DNA from: Eledone cirrhosa
Lineage: Eukaryota
Assembly: GCA_964016885.1 (NCBI GenBank)
Contig: OZ024742.1
Span: forward strand, 211,916,001-211,980,000
DNA length: 64,000 nt
Direction of reading: 5' to 3'
Part shown: positions 13,274-28,065 of the stretch, in pieces
How positions within the stretch are numbered: position 1 is the stretch's first letter
Layout of the letters: the number at the start of each line of letters is the position of its first letter
Position numbers and translations under genes: made by a program
The notes under the pieces: model-generated
Told to the model about the DNA's origin: nothing
Seen by the model: only the letters and a program-made list of their open reading frames with translations
Databases searched by the model: none

Positions 13274-13382
13274 AAGTTTGCCATACCTGTCTGAATACTC
13301 AGAATATACTGACAAATCTCCACACCTGTCAGAGTACTCAGAATATACTGACAAGTTTGCCACACCTGTCTGAGTACTCAGA
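13274..13382. repeat. ~40-bp minisatellite, ~2.7 copies
   Basis: Unit aagtttgccaYacctgtcWgaRtactcagaatatactgac repeated at 13274, 13314 and 13353. Confidence 0.85.
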
Positions 13383-14976
13383 ATGTAAAATGATTCCATC
13401 AATCCACCATCCTAGATTGACACTTTATTTTATAAACCCTGAAAGGAGAAGCAAAGTTTATATTGATAGGATTTGAACTTAGAATGGAGAGATCTGAAAC
13501 AAAGTGTATCAACCACACTTGAATGATTCTGTCAATTCACTGTCTGTATTTGACATGATCAACAACAAAAGGAGAAAATAAAACAGAGACAGGAGAGTAC
13601 ATGTTGAAAGAAAATTTTAATAGGCAAGCTTATCACTGCATTTTACATGTCAAAAATTAATGCCACCATTGTTAAAGTTACAATTATTGGAGAGCACCTC
13701 CATCACTGAGACATCACACTGAAGACGCTACAGCCTTCAGGAACAGTGTCCAAAACAGACATGGACAGCTGCTACAATACAGATATACACATGCTGTTTA
13801 AAACATTTTTTTTTTTGTTTTTCCAGTGCTAAAAAAGAACACTGGACTCCAATTCTCTGGATTTACCATAGAACTCAAGAAGAAGGTGGCTTTCACAGAT
13901 TTCCTCTTAGTCTTTCGTCTTTTGTAAAACAAAGGAGTCTCCATCATCACATTAGCTTTAGCAAATGATGAACGTAAAAAAAATAAGAAAAAGAAAAAAA
14001 ATGATCAAGGGAATAAAATAAAAGGACCTTTTCTCTCTCAACCTCAGCAATTTTTGGTCAAGACAAGGCTGTCAAACTGTCTAACAAAGCCTATCCCTGG
14101 TATGGCTTGGATCCCTTCAGCTTGTATAAGTTTCTCTCCATATAAATATCTATTTTGAAATGATTGTAAGAAATTATGACATTAGAAGAACATTAAGTAT
14201 GACTACTTAGACAGCAGTTAAATATTAGTATTTTCCTTAAATTTACTTTGCAGAAATCGGGAAAATAATTTTTAATTAAAAAAAATACATAAATAAAAAT
14301 CTTTTTATTATAAAAATCAGTTCCAAATTCAATAAAAGTATGAAAAAATAATGATAAAAAAAAAAAAAAAGCATACAAATTCATAACAACTATATTTCAA
14401 GCATTTGTATTTAACCAATTAATTTGTTTTAGAATTTTCTTTATCTTTTCTCTCTCTCACACTCTCTCCAATTAATCTATTTTAGAATTTTCTTTATCCT
14501 CTTTCGCCATTTTTTTTAATATCACAAATAACCCATTCCACAATTATAATTTTTCTTTTGAAAACCTTAGCATTGATGCAGACACCAGCTGCCAGGTTTT
14601 TGTGAACAAAGTGAATGAATATTTTTTGTAGTTGGGTTTATAAAAAAAACCCAAACCCCCACCCTGTAAGTGACCAAATCACATGAATTCATGCTATGGG
14701 CATGTATACAAGACTGCTACATAGACAAAGATTTAAGGATTGAGTGTTTTCTAAAACATTCATATTACACAAATATATCAAGATGAACATAATGTCTAAC
14801 AGGTATCTTTGGAGCAAAGATGGAAATAGAAAAAAGTATAAAAATGTAAATGAGGCAGGATTAATTGATAAAGGTTAAAAAACAAACAAACACTTTTAAT
14901 TAATCACAAGCTACACTAAGAAAATAAATCATGTGAAAATGTTTATTAAAAAAAAAAAAAAAGCAGTAAAATAATG

Positions 14977-15187
14977 GTTTCTGATTCAGGCACAAGGCCA
15001 ACAAATTTTTGGGGAGGGGAAAGTCGATTAAATCAAACCCAGTGTGTTACTGGTACTTTATTTTATCGACCCTGTTAGGATGGAAAGCAAAGCTAACCTT
15101 GGTAGGATTTGAACTCAGAACATAAAGGGCCGTAACTCTATGCTGCAAAGCATGTTGTCCGACGCTCTACCGATACTGCCAATCCAA
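14977..15187 (-). mobile_element. tRNA-derived SINE (same family)
   Basis: ggcacaaggcc...ctggtactttattttatcgaccctg...ggatttgaactcagaa...gatactgccaatcca. Confidence 0.85.
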
Positions 15188-17819
15188 AAATTAAAATAAT
15201 ATGAATGTTTTTTATTCTGCAGCCCTTAGGCAATTTTAAATTGATAGATATTATTTCAGTTTTATCATTATTATTATCAACATAACTAGTGTTACCATGA
15301 TCAGTTCATTCAGAAGAGTTAATAATGGTAGCTTTTACTTAAAAACATTTTAGGTAAAAAGGAAAAATAATAATGTTAAATAAAATTAGAAAAGAAAGAA
15401 ACATGAAAAATAAGTCTCTTATTTGAAAAGGGATCTAAACATACATAAGATTTCATTTAGTCAGTATTTAAACCATATATTTGCTTTATATATATCTGAA
15501 CTAAATGATGATAAAGATTATATGTAAATATACATATGTATAGCTGTCAGTATGCAGGTCAATTTAAAGTCATTATTGTTTCCAATAATTTGAACCATGA
15601 TTCTGTGTTATATATATATATAAAAAAAGTTATACCCAATAGCAGCTTATATCATTCAGTTACACACTAATCTTCTAATAATTTTTTTTTACAAAGGCAT
15701 GTAAAGCCTGATATGTTTAGGGGAAGGGTATAGGAAGTTGTAATGGTCATGCTTTTCCCAAGGGCATAAGTGATGAAAGTGAAATGAAATGACTGCAGCT
15801 GGGAATTGAAATTGGGACGTGGATTCAACTTGGCAGGAGTTTACTACTACTCAATGGAGCTCACCATCCTGATATTTACTACAGCTACTACTATTACTAC
15901 AACTACTATCACTACTACAATTGCACAGTGTTTCCATCCATTGTTCCCTGTACATGAGGAGTGCATGCCATTGAGATCAAGTCGATATGGTTGTTGTATA
16001 CACTACCTCTTTCATTTTTCTCAGTCTTTTGCCAGTCCAAAAAATATCCAGCATAACTTTGGCTATCCCCTGTACACATAAGCAAATTTTTTGGTTACCA
16101 CTTCTCTTCACTCATGTTTTCAAATGACCAAACAATGAAGCCTTCTCTGACAACTTCTTTAACACAAAAAAAAAAAAAAAAAAAGCAGATGAAGGCAGTC
16201 TTTCAACTTTAGAAGTGATACATTCTAGTAGAGATTCATGAAAAGGGAAGGGAATCATGGCTCAGACATTTTAACTGGGATAATTGATGTTTATAAGCCA
16301 TGTTTCAAAGGAACAGCAGCCAATAAATATATAATCATTGTAATTGTGCCCTCCTTATACATACTTTGGTTGATTGAAATAAGCATAACAGAATTTCTTC
16401 CAAACAGAACAAACTATAGCTGTGTTGACACCACAATCACTAACAAACATTGACAAGTTGTCCACATAGCATGGCTCATTAACTTTGTAAGTTTCAAAGA
16501 GGGATATTTTCAGAGAAGGTTTCACATCTAAATTCTGCATTTAGTTTTTATTTACTCTTCACACTAGATAATTGCTTGTCCACCCATGTTGGCAAAAGTG
16601 AGAGATGTAGTCATTCTCCTCCTTACAACAACTACGTGGAAATTTATTGACATCCATCTTGGGATCAATTTCATTGACCACATAGAATTTTAATCATGAA
16701 AATATTGACCTGACAGCCTGTAGATTCAACATTAGATTTCCTTGAACCATCTAATAGTTTCAATTAATATCACAGTCATCAACATAAGCAGTTCTTAAGA
16801 CCATCCTATCTAACTTATATACGAGAAGTGAGGTGATGATTGACTGTCAACTTAGTGACCTGGCTTGCTTTGTGGTACATACTCCTTGTATAAGTCCCCA
16901 GATGTCTACTGAATGGTGATAACTCAAGTGAATGTTGGTTGTCACTGACTGGGCTCTGTTGAGAATCTTTAATCAAGAATATCATTTTAACGTTGTACAC
17001 AAACAATAGCGGTGAGGATAGGAAGGGCTTCAAACTATTTGATGGATCATGCTGAATATTGTTTCTCAGGAAAAATAAATAAAAGACTGGAACTTCTAAA
17101 TATGCCACTTTTGGTAACAAGAGGGATTAATCCAGGTCTTGCCAAACTGTTGTCTTGCAACCACATCAAACCTATTAACTATGCACCTCCTTATTGAATA
17201 TTGGCACAATGTGAGGTCAATCAAAACAAGTAGCTCAATAATAATATTAATAGACTAAATAACAGTAACTTAGTAGTTTCAATATTACAACACTTGCCTA
17301 TGCACACACGCACACTGAATATGAATATGTATACACACACACACACACATTTTACTAAATATATGATTATTATAGGAACATATTATATACACCATTATTC
17401 TGAATCACAATGTGTTAGTGATATCACTAGTTTTGCTTGTACTCTGAATGTGTTCAGACTATACTCACAATTTCAAGTCAGAAACCCTCTTTGTGGGTGT
17501 TCAGATCATGGAAAGCAAGAAAGGGAGAGAACTCCTATAGTGTGAGCTGATCCAAATTTTTTAGAACATTTTTAGACAATAAAGTGGGACTTTGTCTATA
17601 AGTCAACTTGATGAAAGCAATGGACATATTTTGATATTATTAGATTTTATTGATATTATTAGACAGGAAAATGGTTAAATATATATAGAAAAGCAGAAAG
17701 AAATTATGCACTGATTATGTGTCAACAAAGAGTAGAGGTGAAAATGTCTGATGTGGGTACTCTGTATGAAGTGTGAATATATACATATACACACACATAC
17801 ATGTAGCTTGAACTACAAA

Positions 17820-18520
17820 ACATTCTCTTTGTCAGCTGTCGACTGGATATCTCAATTTTGGCACCTTATGCCAATATCGCTCCATCCAGTGGTGCCAGGT
17901 ATCAGATGCTTCCAAGGAATGTCCAGCTTTTATGGTTCATTCTCCAACCAGATTTTCCTCTTTTTTTTTTTGTCACTTTCACCAGAATCATGCTGCTGTA
18001 ACCATTCCCATCATACAGACATGTTTATTCCTTGCTGAGGGTTTGCTCTTTGCTCTCAGCATTGGTCCTTCACTTAACTGCTTTTGCCATATCTATAATA
18101 AATCATTAGTGTCGACCCTCTCAAGTTCTTGAACCACCACTCTACTCTCCTTTCCAAACCTAATGCCAGTCATGTAGGACATAGCAGTCATAAATCCACA
18201 ACATTTCACCTCAAATGGAAGCAATGTACATTGCCATCCAAATCACTCATAAGATATCTTTAATTCATATTTTATGCACATCTTTCATGAGCCTACTTCA
18301 TATGGCTTTCTCAAGGCACTGTCACCTCAAGAATCATAACTTTTTTTTTAGTCAGGGCACTGCACTGTTTTAACACTATGGCTTGGGAATACTCTCACTT
18401 CTTTCAGGTCAGCCCATTCTTTCTAACCATTGGCCTTGTGCAAAAGCCTAGGTACCATCTTTCTTTTTGTTACCCTCCTGCGTTGTCTTTCTCACCCGCC
18501 CTGTGGAAGACAACAGGATG
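17820..18520 (-). mobile_element. Heavily decayed LINE (RTE-like) fragment
   Basis: Local rise in GC with remnants resembling RTE RT/C-terminal coding; no long ORF. Confidence 0.4.
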
Positions 18521-21500
18521 CAACCTTGCATATTGTATACAATATATACACAAATACGCACACACACATTATATATATATATGTATTATATACTTACATA
18601 TACACATATGTATCTTCATTGACTGGTAGTTGAGTTTCATGGAATCAACTGCCAGCTCACAGACTGAAGGAATTAGCAGTTAATTCTGTAAAACATAAGT
18701 ACCAGTCAATCAATAGATATGACTGTTACATGTATCAAGTCAGCCATCAATAAATCTTTGTTATTTTATACTTATAAATCTGCAACCCAACATTAAAACA
18801 CACACACACATATACGTGTATATATATTTACATATATACATACATACATATATGTATATAAATATGTATATATATACATGTATATATATATTTACATACA
18901 TACACACATATATATATATAGGTTTTCATATTTGTTTTGTACATTATTGTATGATCTTATCTGCTGTTAAATGGCTACTTCTTCATATGAAACAATAGCT
19001 AAATACTGTCAAACCTAATGAAGAGTCTGCAGCCCGGAGAGAGGAGAAGATAGAAAAGGGAATAGTAAAGAAAAATAATGTATATAAAATAAAACAAAAA
19101 ACAATATCAAAATAAATAACAAAGAAAAAAAAAACTGAAAATTATATATGAAAATAGTTTGAACAAAAGATTTTTCCCCAGTTTACTCCAGTTTGCTACC
19201 ATTTTGGAAAAATGAAGAAACAAAAATAAATATTTGTTTCATATCCAAATGCAAGGTTTCATCCAAACCATTCCTAAACAATGATAGAGAAAAGAGTGCA
19301 AGGGAAAGTAAATGTTTTATAAACAATTCATGTAATTATCTTTAACACAATATACACATGTAATGCCCGTCATGCACTCACACACACACACATGCATACA
19401 CACAGTCACATGCTAACTGAAGATAGATAGAATCCTCTATTAGCCCCTGGTCACATGTTTATATGACAATACAGCATATCCTTAGCTTCTTTAGATGAAG
19501 CCAGTTTACATATTTAGTCAATATTGTCAAAGAACCATTTTGTAGTAGACAGATTTTTCACAACATTTTGGCCACTCTATATATTCAGGACAGTTTTTTT
19601 TATAAAGTTAGCAAAGGGTATTTATCAGAAGCAGTTAGATAGTCACCTGAAAATGTGCTTGGCTGGCCAGAATGTGTACAGAAAGAAAGAAAAAAAAAAG
19701 AGAGAGAAAAACAAGATAAGAGAGGAAAGAAAAGAAAAAGAAACAATCAGAAGAGGGAAGGAAAAAGAAAAGAGCCCCTCTCTCTGAAGACTTAATAATG
19801 CAAGCAATTAAACACAAGTATAAAATTGGTGGCAGTGAGAGCATTGAATTTGAAGTATCCTCTCTGCTGAGTTAGCTAATATTGGTTTGAGGAAGAACTG
19901 CTCTTTTGATAGGCTTTTACGAACTATATATTGAATAAAGCAACTGTAGAAGTATGCCAATATGAGAGTGAAGAGAAGAAGCAATGATTCTGAAATGACT
20001 TTAGCTCCTTATGTTTGCAGCTTTAGCACCTAACATAAGCTATTATGATGAAGCAATTTTAGCTCTTTATGCATGCTACTAATAATATAATATGAATGTT
20101 TGATTGGCATTAATCTTTTGTTTTGTGACACTTTATGGGTGAAGAGTGAAGAGAAGATTAACTGAAATTCTAATAATTTGAGACTTTAAAAAAAAAAAAT
20201 CTTGCTGTGATCTTAAACTAAATTTAGGAACCAGCTCTGTGTTTATTTGGATCATTTTGAAATCCAGTCCCAGGAAATACTAAACCCTGAGATTATCCCA
20301 ACCAGTAGTACATTAATTATATATGATTACATAATATGGCACCAAGCAGAATTATGATTGAATGCTTGCAGATATAAGTAGACACTTTTACAAAGGTCAT
20401 TAACAGTGAAGTACGAACCACAAAAAATAGTGTATCATCTTATGAACACTGAAAGTTCTACCTATTAACTTAGACCAGTTTAATGTTTTTCACAGAAAAA
20501 AAAGTATAGAATATTAGAGCAAGGTAGCAAAGAGAATTTTTTGGGGGGTTACTTTTTTACTGTTGGAGACTTAGAGGTTATATTATTTTAATGAATTCCA
20601 CCTATGAGGGAGGATGAACCAATAACCTTGTTTGTCGTCCAAATGGTGAAAATGAATCTTTATGTGTAAGAGCTGAAGTAACTATTTCAACCCAATGTTA
20701 AAGTCTCAGGGTTTGCAGCTTAAAATTTTCCCTAAAGTTATCTATCTTTCTAGGAAGCATCAGACTTGTATGGAAATTTTCTCATAAAAACAGTTTTCTT
20801 ATCAGAACTGTTTAAATTCATTCCAAAATGAATTTAGTCTATAAAGGAAACAATCTACATAGTGCTGAGTGACTGGATTTTCAGTGAATAAATGCAAAGT
20901 CTAAATAATTTTCAGAAATAAGATTTTAGAAGCTGCCTTCACAAAAGTTTCTATTGTTTTCTGGACAAATATAAGACTTTGGTAGAGGTTGGGAAGAATT
21001 ACATTGGGATGTTGTGAAGAAGTACATATTTGGTAGGCACCTAATGAATTGTATCAAAGAGTAATATAAAAGATTGCCAAATAAAAAAGCACCTTAGTAC
21101 TTCATCTTAACTAGTAGTTATGAAAATTAACATAGCAATAGGTTAATTTTGAATGTTATGATTTATCATTAGCATTAAAATTGATGCTTCTAAGATAATT
21201 GTATCAAAAGAAAATCTATTGCACTATTGAAGAAGGGAAAAAAAAAACGGGAAGAGTCAAAATTATAAATAAGAGCAAAATTAGCACACAATAACTGAAT
21301 TTTAGTAGTTATAAGATTAAGTGGTTACAGCAGCAGAGCCATTGCTACAGTTCATTTATCTTTTCCAGTAACTGATTTCTTTCTATCCTGTTGGTAGAAA
21401 ATATTTTAACCTAAGAAAAATAATGCTGTAAAATACAAATATTTCTTATCTGATGGAGGGAAAACAGTAATAAAAAAAAAAAAAAAAAAAAAAAAATCCT

Positions 21501-24500
21501 CCACTAGCTTAGTGCTCCAATTTGAAGTGTATGTACTATATTAAGGATTATATTTAATGAGCAGAAGAAAGCTTTTATGAGTATGGACGGTTGTTATTAG
21601 AAATTGAAAACAAACTATCGAGAACAGCACAAAAAGAGCTGAACATTGTCTTTCGCAACCTCACTCAAGCTTTTGGTTCTACTATATTATCTCTATATTG
21701 GAGCACCTCTACTTTAATATATGCTATTCATTGTTGAAGTTTCTATGAGGTACTGAAAAACTTCAGGTGTAAATACTTTATATGATAGTAGTGTTTTATG
21801 CAGTAGTTAGACTTGAACTTTAGAAAAAACTTTTTAATTAACTCTACTAATCCCTTGAAATGAAAAGTCTAACATACTGTGTTGATAACTCAGAAAGATC
21901 AACTGCATTAACAGAGTGAATCAAAATGTACTCATTTTTGTTAGATTTAACAAACAGTCTATCAACAGCAATACAGTTTCTAAACTTTTTTTTTTTTAAA
22001 TTACAGTGTATGTTCTAAACAAATATCAAAATTGAAACTGTATCAGATGATGAGTATGCAGGTAGGCAATAAAAGGTCACAGAACACTAGCAGGTTAGCT
22101 GTATCATAACATATTAATAAATTGTAGTCACCTTTACAAAAAACAAAAAAAAACATCTAGGCCATATAGAGAAGATAAAACAGAAGAAATGTAGGATTGC
22201 ATTTGGTTATTTCTCAATTTTAATTGAACATATCCAGTTATAAAACTTAGGAATATATTGAGAAAAATAATTGATTCCAAAGCTCATACATACATCCCTA
22301 AACATTTATAAATATGAAGGAATGTCTGTTTTCAGTGGAGAGGAAAAAGATAACCAAGAAACATAAATAGTAAACTGCTATGGAGAAATAAACCACAAAG
22401 AAGCCATCAGATCTAGTACTAGTAAATATCTAAGGGAAGACTTTGCAACAAACGAATATTCTGGTGGTAGCTTTACAAGAACAATGGTATTAGTAACACC
22501 AACCATTAAGTCTTGACTTCAACCAGAACAGACTTTATGTAAATGCATTCGTGCATGTGTGAATGCATGCATGAAAACATGATTTAACTACTACAGCAAT
22601 ATTTAGGTTATCTAATTGAATCCAGTTTGGTTTACAGTTAAGACTAACATTTTATGTGATGCCATTTTAGAAAAAGTGTAACTCGCTAGATCTAATCTTC
22701 TTGTGAAGTGTTTACACATGAGACCTATAGCTCACTCAAATGTATGCAGTTACTAAAAATATCCAACAATTGTTTTTGTATGTGGAAATGGAGTACCATC
22801 TTTAGCATTTGTATAGCCAGAGTCATCTAGCGATATTTATAAAGAAATTAGTATATGGTTAAGAACCAGTGCTTGGTTTGGAAATTCTCATGAAAGCATA
22901 GTGCACACAGTATGATCTATACAAGTCAGTTAGATTTCATGGGTAGACAGAGTTCCTTTTTTCTGCTCCAGCATATAAAAAATTATATTATGAGGGTAAC
23001 AAAAAGGCAAAGTTGTCCATCTAAATAGGGAACTGTTCAAGAAAACTCAAGACTTATAAATTATAACTATTATGAAATTTTGAATTATAAACACAAGTTC
23101 TAAGAACATGCACAAATGTGTTTAACTTAACTATTCTATTGTTTCTTGTTCCTAAGTATAATTTTTATTAATATTAAAATAGTAATGCCAATATGAATCC
23201 TTAAAGAAATAGAATGGTTTTTCTATTTCAGGAGAGCTAGCTAAACTACAAAGCAAAAACTTGCATTAAATTGCTAAAATTACAAATTCTAAGATCAAAC
23301 TATTTTTGTTTTAAAATTTTCTTGTACACTTCAACAAGAATATTGGAGATTTTCTGATACTTTGGACATTCATTGAAACCAACTAGTAAGCTCCTCTAAC
23401 AGTTTAGAATTTTCTTTTTTTTTAAATGATTAGGAAAAAAAGTAAACAAAATATTAACAATTAGCTACAAAATTCTAAAATTGTTGGCAGGAAAACTAAT
23501 ATAGATCTTAGTTTTATAGAACAAGCAAAGTCAATAAGTCAAGAACCAATAGGCACATGATTTTTCTGTAAAAGAAACTTACTAAAGTCACTATTTGCAC
23601 TGCTAAATAGCTAATTATGTAAATTCTAAATTTCTCTCACTGTACTCAAACTATAGGAGTAAGTAGCACCAGTCTTTCAGTCCATATTACACACCTTCAA
23701 TACTAAGGCTTTAAACAAGTTTTCTTTCAACAGAATATTTTAACAAAATCTGAGTGAAGGATTCAGTTAACAGCTTGTACTTCATATAAATTTTCATAAA
23801 ATGACATTTTTTCTTTCATTTTTTGAAGTTTGTGCAGTCTCACGGATTTGGACTTAGTAATAATACAAGTTTCAGCAACTTAAAAAGTAGTTTCGTTTTT
23901 CTCCTTAACTGCTTGCACAAGGAGACAAATTCATTCATAGTACTAAGAATAAAATGAAACAAAATATCCAATATGGAAAGCTCTAGATGAAATAAAGTTT
24001 ACAAGGAGTTTTAGATGAGAAATACAAGTTCAAATGTCTAGGATTTAGTAAAAGAATGATATGCCCATAAAGGTTTTAGAAATAAAGTTAAACTATTCCA
24101 CACTATACAAATATTTCAATAAATAAAATTCTAAAAACATTGAAGATATCTAAACATCACATTTATGACAATGAAATGTTGAGATTATATCTTAGAAATT
24201 TGAAATTTTGAGGAAAACAAATAGAATTTTGAATGAAATCTTAAAAAGACAAAAATATTTGATTGACTTGGGTTGTTCCTAAAAAAAAAAAAAAGAGGAT
24301 TATTGGACCAAAAAAAAAAAAAAAAAAAAAAAAAAAACTAATCACAAATCTTTGATTTTTTTTTTTTTTTTTCAAAAAGTGTTAAATGAAAATCTTTTTC
24401 TCAAGAACCAAAATATCTGAAGGATTGGTTGAATATAATAGCAACATTATAAATAAATTTATGCTGACTGAACAAGCAAAAGAGAAGAATACCATGAAAC

Positions 24501-25539
24501 TAGATTGTTCACATGGAGGGGGGGAAAACAGTTTCACTTTAAGCACTCTCTGGCACACAAAAATACATCTTCAACGAGTAAGGCAAAATGCTTACAGGAG
24601 CAAATTCTTTCAAGGAGTAAAAAAAAAAAAAAAAAAGAGGAAACAAAACAAAATGTACTAGTTGTTTATAAATAAATAGCCAGCAACCATGCCTGATTAA
24701 CAAACAACAAGATGGGTTAAGGAGGGGAAGAGAACGGACTTTCAACAAAAGGATTATAATTCATATTAAGTGTTCTATTTGATAATGTAAGAAATAATGA
24801 GAAAATATTTCAAATATAATTGGGGAGGTGAAGAGGCAGAATAAGAAAAAATAAAAAAAAAACTCAACAATATAAATTCATGAAGAAATAAAAAACAAAA
24901 AAAAACTTTGAGGAAATCTGTATAAGAGGGAATAAACAATATATTATTTTTTTTATTGTTGATTATTTTAGTTTTCAGTTGAGTGTAGCAGCTAAGGAAC
25001 GTAGCACCATCATCACTATCATCCAATCTGAAGTGTAAAACTTTCTTTTTCTTCTTTTTCCAGAAAAATATTTCTTTTTTTTCTTTACTTTCATTTATTA
25101 TTTTTTTAAATACAATTTGTAATCCTGACTTAGAGCAAATCATGTTTTAATTTTTATTTTTGAAACATTTCAAAGGGAGGAATATTGGAAGAGAGGAAAA
25201 AAAAATAAAGCCCAGCTAAAACTACTACTTAGACTGTAAATAAACTTCCATGTTCATCCATTTACAATCTAGTGAATTATATTCATCAGTTATTAAAACT
25301 CATTGACTTTATGGCCTAGCAATCTTTCTCACTTGTTACTAAAATAACTATGATCATTGCCACCATTGTCTTTTTTTTAACACTGTAATAATAGTAATGT
25401 AATAGTAAATAGAAGACAAAATAATATGCAGTGTTAGAGATGGACAATGTAAACAAATCTGAAGAACAAATGCTGCAATGTCAATGAAGGAGGAGGAGGA
25501 GCTATATTGGACTTGTAGTATTCTTCTTAAGGGGCAGAT

Positions 25540-25547
25540 TATATATA

Positions 25548-25619
<72 letters not shown>

Positions 25620-25620
25620 T
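25540..25620. repeat. (TA)n(GA)n compound microsatellite
   Basis: Directly visible. Confidence 0.95.
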
Positions 25621-25910
25621 TGATTATTAACCACTGCTGCTATCTCTGTGGCGGGCAGTCTACATCTGTTTAGCTGTCCATCTAACCCCTTGGGATGGTG
25701 GTTGGGTCACTGTACTCAGTGTTTAAGTGTAGGTAGAATAAAGGAAAGGAGAAATTGAGTGACAGGAGAGTGGACAGGATGTTGAAGACAAGACAAACTA
25801 TAAAATGATATAAAAACAGAAAAAGTAACACATATATGCTACAGAATGTATGTATGTATGTGCATACATATAAGTGTGTGTGAGTGCAAACATATATACA
25901 TGTGTGTATA

Positions 25911-25946
<36 letters not shown>

Positions 25947-26297
25947 GTATATATAAGGATGTGTGTGTATACATAAACACACACACACAAATATAAATCA
26001 TACATGCACGCACACACACACACATTTTTTCTCTACACTAGAGAATATTGACTCCTCATGAATTTGCAACTAAAAACTTCAGCTGCAATCTCAGAGTTTA
26101 TAGAGGTCTATTTTCATCACGTACCAGTAGAGTTCAACATATACCTGGTCATACTTTAAGAACATTATGTTTTTGTAACACACCTGTGTTGTTATTATTA
26201 TTAAACTTATTGTTATTAAGATTATCCATTTCCTCTTGTACTTCACATTAACCATATTCCAGTTCCTGTTACTCATTTGGCAGAATTGTGACTGATT

Positions 26298-26395
26298 ACA
26301 ACAGCAGTAGCAGCAGTGGTAGCAGCAGGCAGTAGGATGGGGACAACAACAGTAGCAGCAGCGATGGCAGCAGCAGTTGTCATAGCAGCAGTCAG
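26298..26395. repeat. Degenerate (CAG/TAG)n triplet repeat just 3' of the RAPGEF1 stop (CUG-rich in the mRNA)
   Basis: acaacagcagtagcagcagtggtagcagcaggc...gcagcagcgatggcagcagcag. Confidence 0.75.
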
Positions 26396-26453
26396 AGCTA
26401 TGTCTACTGTAGTGGCTCCTGTGGAGAAAATTTCCCCTCTGTTCCTTATTTTT

Positions 26454-26601
26454 TCAGGATTCACCAGGTTCTGTTGCTTTTCTTTTGCCCCCTCGGGGTT
26501 TAATTTTTTCAGATATTTGCCAAAGTTCATCTTCGCATTTGTAGTCATCAAAACCATCGAATACAGCGAGTATCTTTTCGCTTTTCTTGAAATCAAAATT
26601 A
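26454..26601 (-). CDS. RAPGEF1: RAPGEF1/C3G terminal coding exon
   Basis: ttctttcag|T AAT TTT...; encodes NFDFKKSEKILAVFDGFDDYKCEDELWQISEKIKPRGGKRKATEPGES*, matching the recalled C3G C-terminus (EEALWELSLKIKPR). TGA at 26454-56. Confidence 0.93.
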
Positions 26602-26904
26602 CTGAAAGAAGAAAAAAAGATAAAAACAAATAAAGTCAAAGAGCAGGAGAAATACACCAACAAAAATAAAAAATTAGTGAGGGAACCTGTTTATGGTTGC
26701 TCAACTACCAAAAATAGCTGTTACATCTTTAAAACCCAACCTACTGACCCCCAAAATAAGTGAATGAACTAAATAACTGAGTCCTGATTATAATATGCGA
26801 GAAAAAAAGACAGTATGATCATAGCTGTAATGTGAGTTGAATGATGAAAACTCAACACAGAACAAGTAGCCTGCAGTTGATTCATTACTATATGTTACAA
26901 TTTT

Positions 26905-27330
26905 CTTTTTTACTTGGTAGGACTGGAGGAAGGGACATACTCATGGTCTTCAGAGGCCCTCTGTGATAGGAGATATCAATGCCATTAAGATTCTGCTTCA
27001 GCTGTTGGAGATGAGGGAATTCTATAGGGTTGAGGTTCTGGGAAGGAAGGATTAGGTATAGTTGTTAGTGTGGACACAATAAGGGTGATGAGAGTAAAAG
27101 AGATGAGTCGAGAGTGCCTGAGTAGAGGTGGCATGAGTCCAGGAAGCTCCAATAAGTAGAAATCATTGTAGAAGAGGAAGAGTAAGGAGATAGTACATCT
27201 GTGGGCCAGATGCTGGAGAATTATACTAATTAGCTGAGTGGCTTTTCTTTGTATGCTGACTAGGATGTCAGTGTGAGCAATAGTACTCCATTGTGGGTAT
27301 CACCTGAGTCTTGTAGAGGCTCATTATTTG
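26905..27330 (-). mobile_element. Old LINE (CR1/Jockey-like) C-terminal fragment in the last RAPGEF1 intron
   Basis: Translates SIQRKATQLIS...LAHRCTISLLFLFY...LMPP, resembling the IQRRA.R.I...L.HRR...L.LFY C-terminal motif. Confidence 0.5.
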
Positions 27331-27365
27331 TTAGGGGTACAAGTATTTTACCGGAATTTACTTAC

Positions 27366-27497
27366 CATTTTCTGAACCTGCGCATGATCTCAAGAATATT
27401 GAATTGTTGCCATCTTTTAGCAAAATTTATGCTTCCGTCTTGAAGTAAGTCTTGGTTTCCAATATTAATGAAAGTCAGATCTTGCAGAATTAATCCT
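27366..27497 (-). CDS. RAPGEF1: RAPGEF1/C3G coding exon (CDC25 domain)
   Basis: ttttccag|...|gtaagt; encodes GLILQDLTFINIGNQDLLQDGSINFAKRWQQFNILEIMRRFRK. 132 nt. Confidence 0.95.
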
Positions 27498-27584
27498 CTG
27501 GAAAAGGAAAATTGATAAATTGTATTTAATGCAACTTTAGAGTACATGCATGCATATATGAAGACCTAACTAAAGAGAGGGTCA

Positions 27585-27920
27585 AATATGACTGTGTGGT
27601 GAGGAAGTTTACTTCAAACCACATGGCTTCAAGTTTGATCCCAATGTATAGCATCTTGGGCAAGCATCTTCGTTGGGTTGATCTTGTGATTGAAATTTGG
27701 TAGACAGAAACTATGTAGAAGCTCATTGCATATGCATTTTTTTAGTCAGAGATGTTTGTTTATGTTCTGAAGTCCAACAGTCTTACAGAGGAAGAACAAT
27801 TGAATTGAAAACAGGTAAGGGTTGGCATCAGGATAGTCACCTGGCCATAGAATAAAGTCCCATTTAACTCATGCCAGGATAATAAAACAGATGTAAAAAC
27901 AATGACGACGATGATGATGC
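27585..27920 (+). mobile_element. Decayed SINE with tRNA/CORE-like head and RTE-like 3' tail
   Basis: Head ...gtttgatccca...cttgggcaagcatctt; tail gggttggcatcagga...catgccag...gacgatgatgatg. Confidence 0.55.
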
Positions 27921-28065
27921 CATTCTGGATTTCTTTTTACCCAAGTACAAAATTAATAAGCTGAACTTATATAATCACAAAACCACAAAAACTGGTGATA
28001 GAAAAAAAAAATGAAACAACACTAGTTAAATGAAATAATGATGTTATAGAAAACTGTATACTCAC

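Noticed and set aside
13274-13382. Repeat with internal palindrome as a CRISPR array
   Set aside because: Units are adjacent with no unique spacers, the context is eukaryotic and there are no cas genes.
26273-26633. Ala/Thr-rich ORFs overlapping the last exon
   Set aside because: Alternative-frame and antisense readings of the RAPGEF1 terminal exon plus the triplet repeat.
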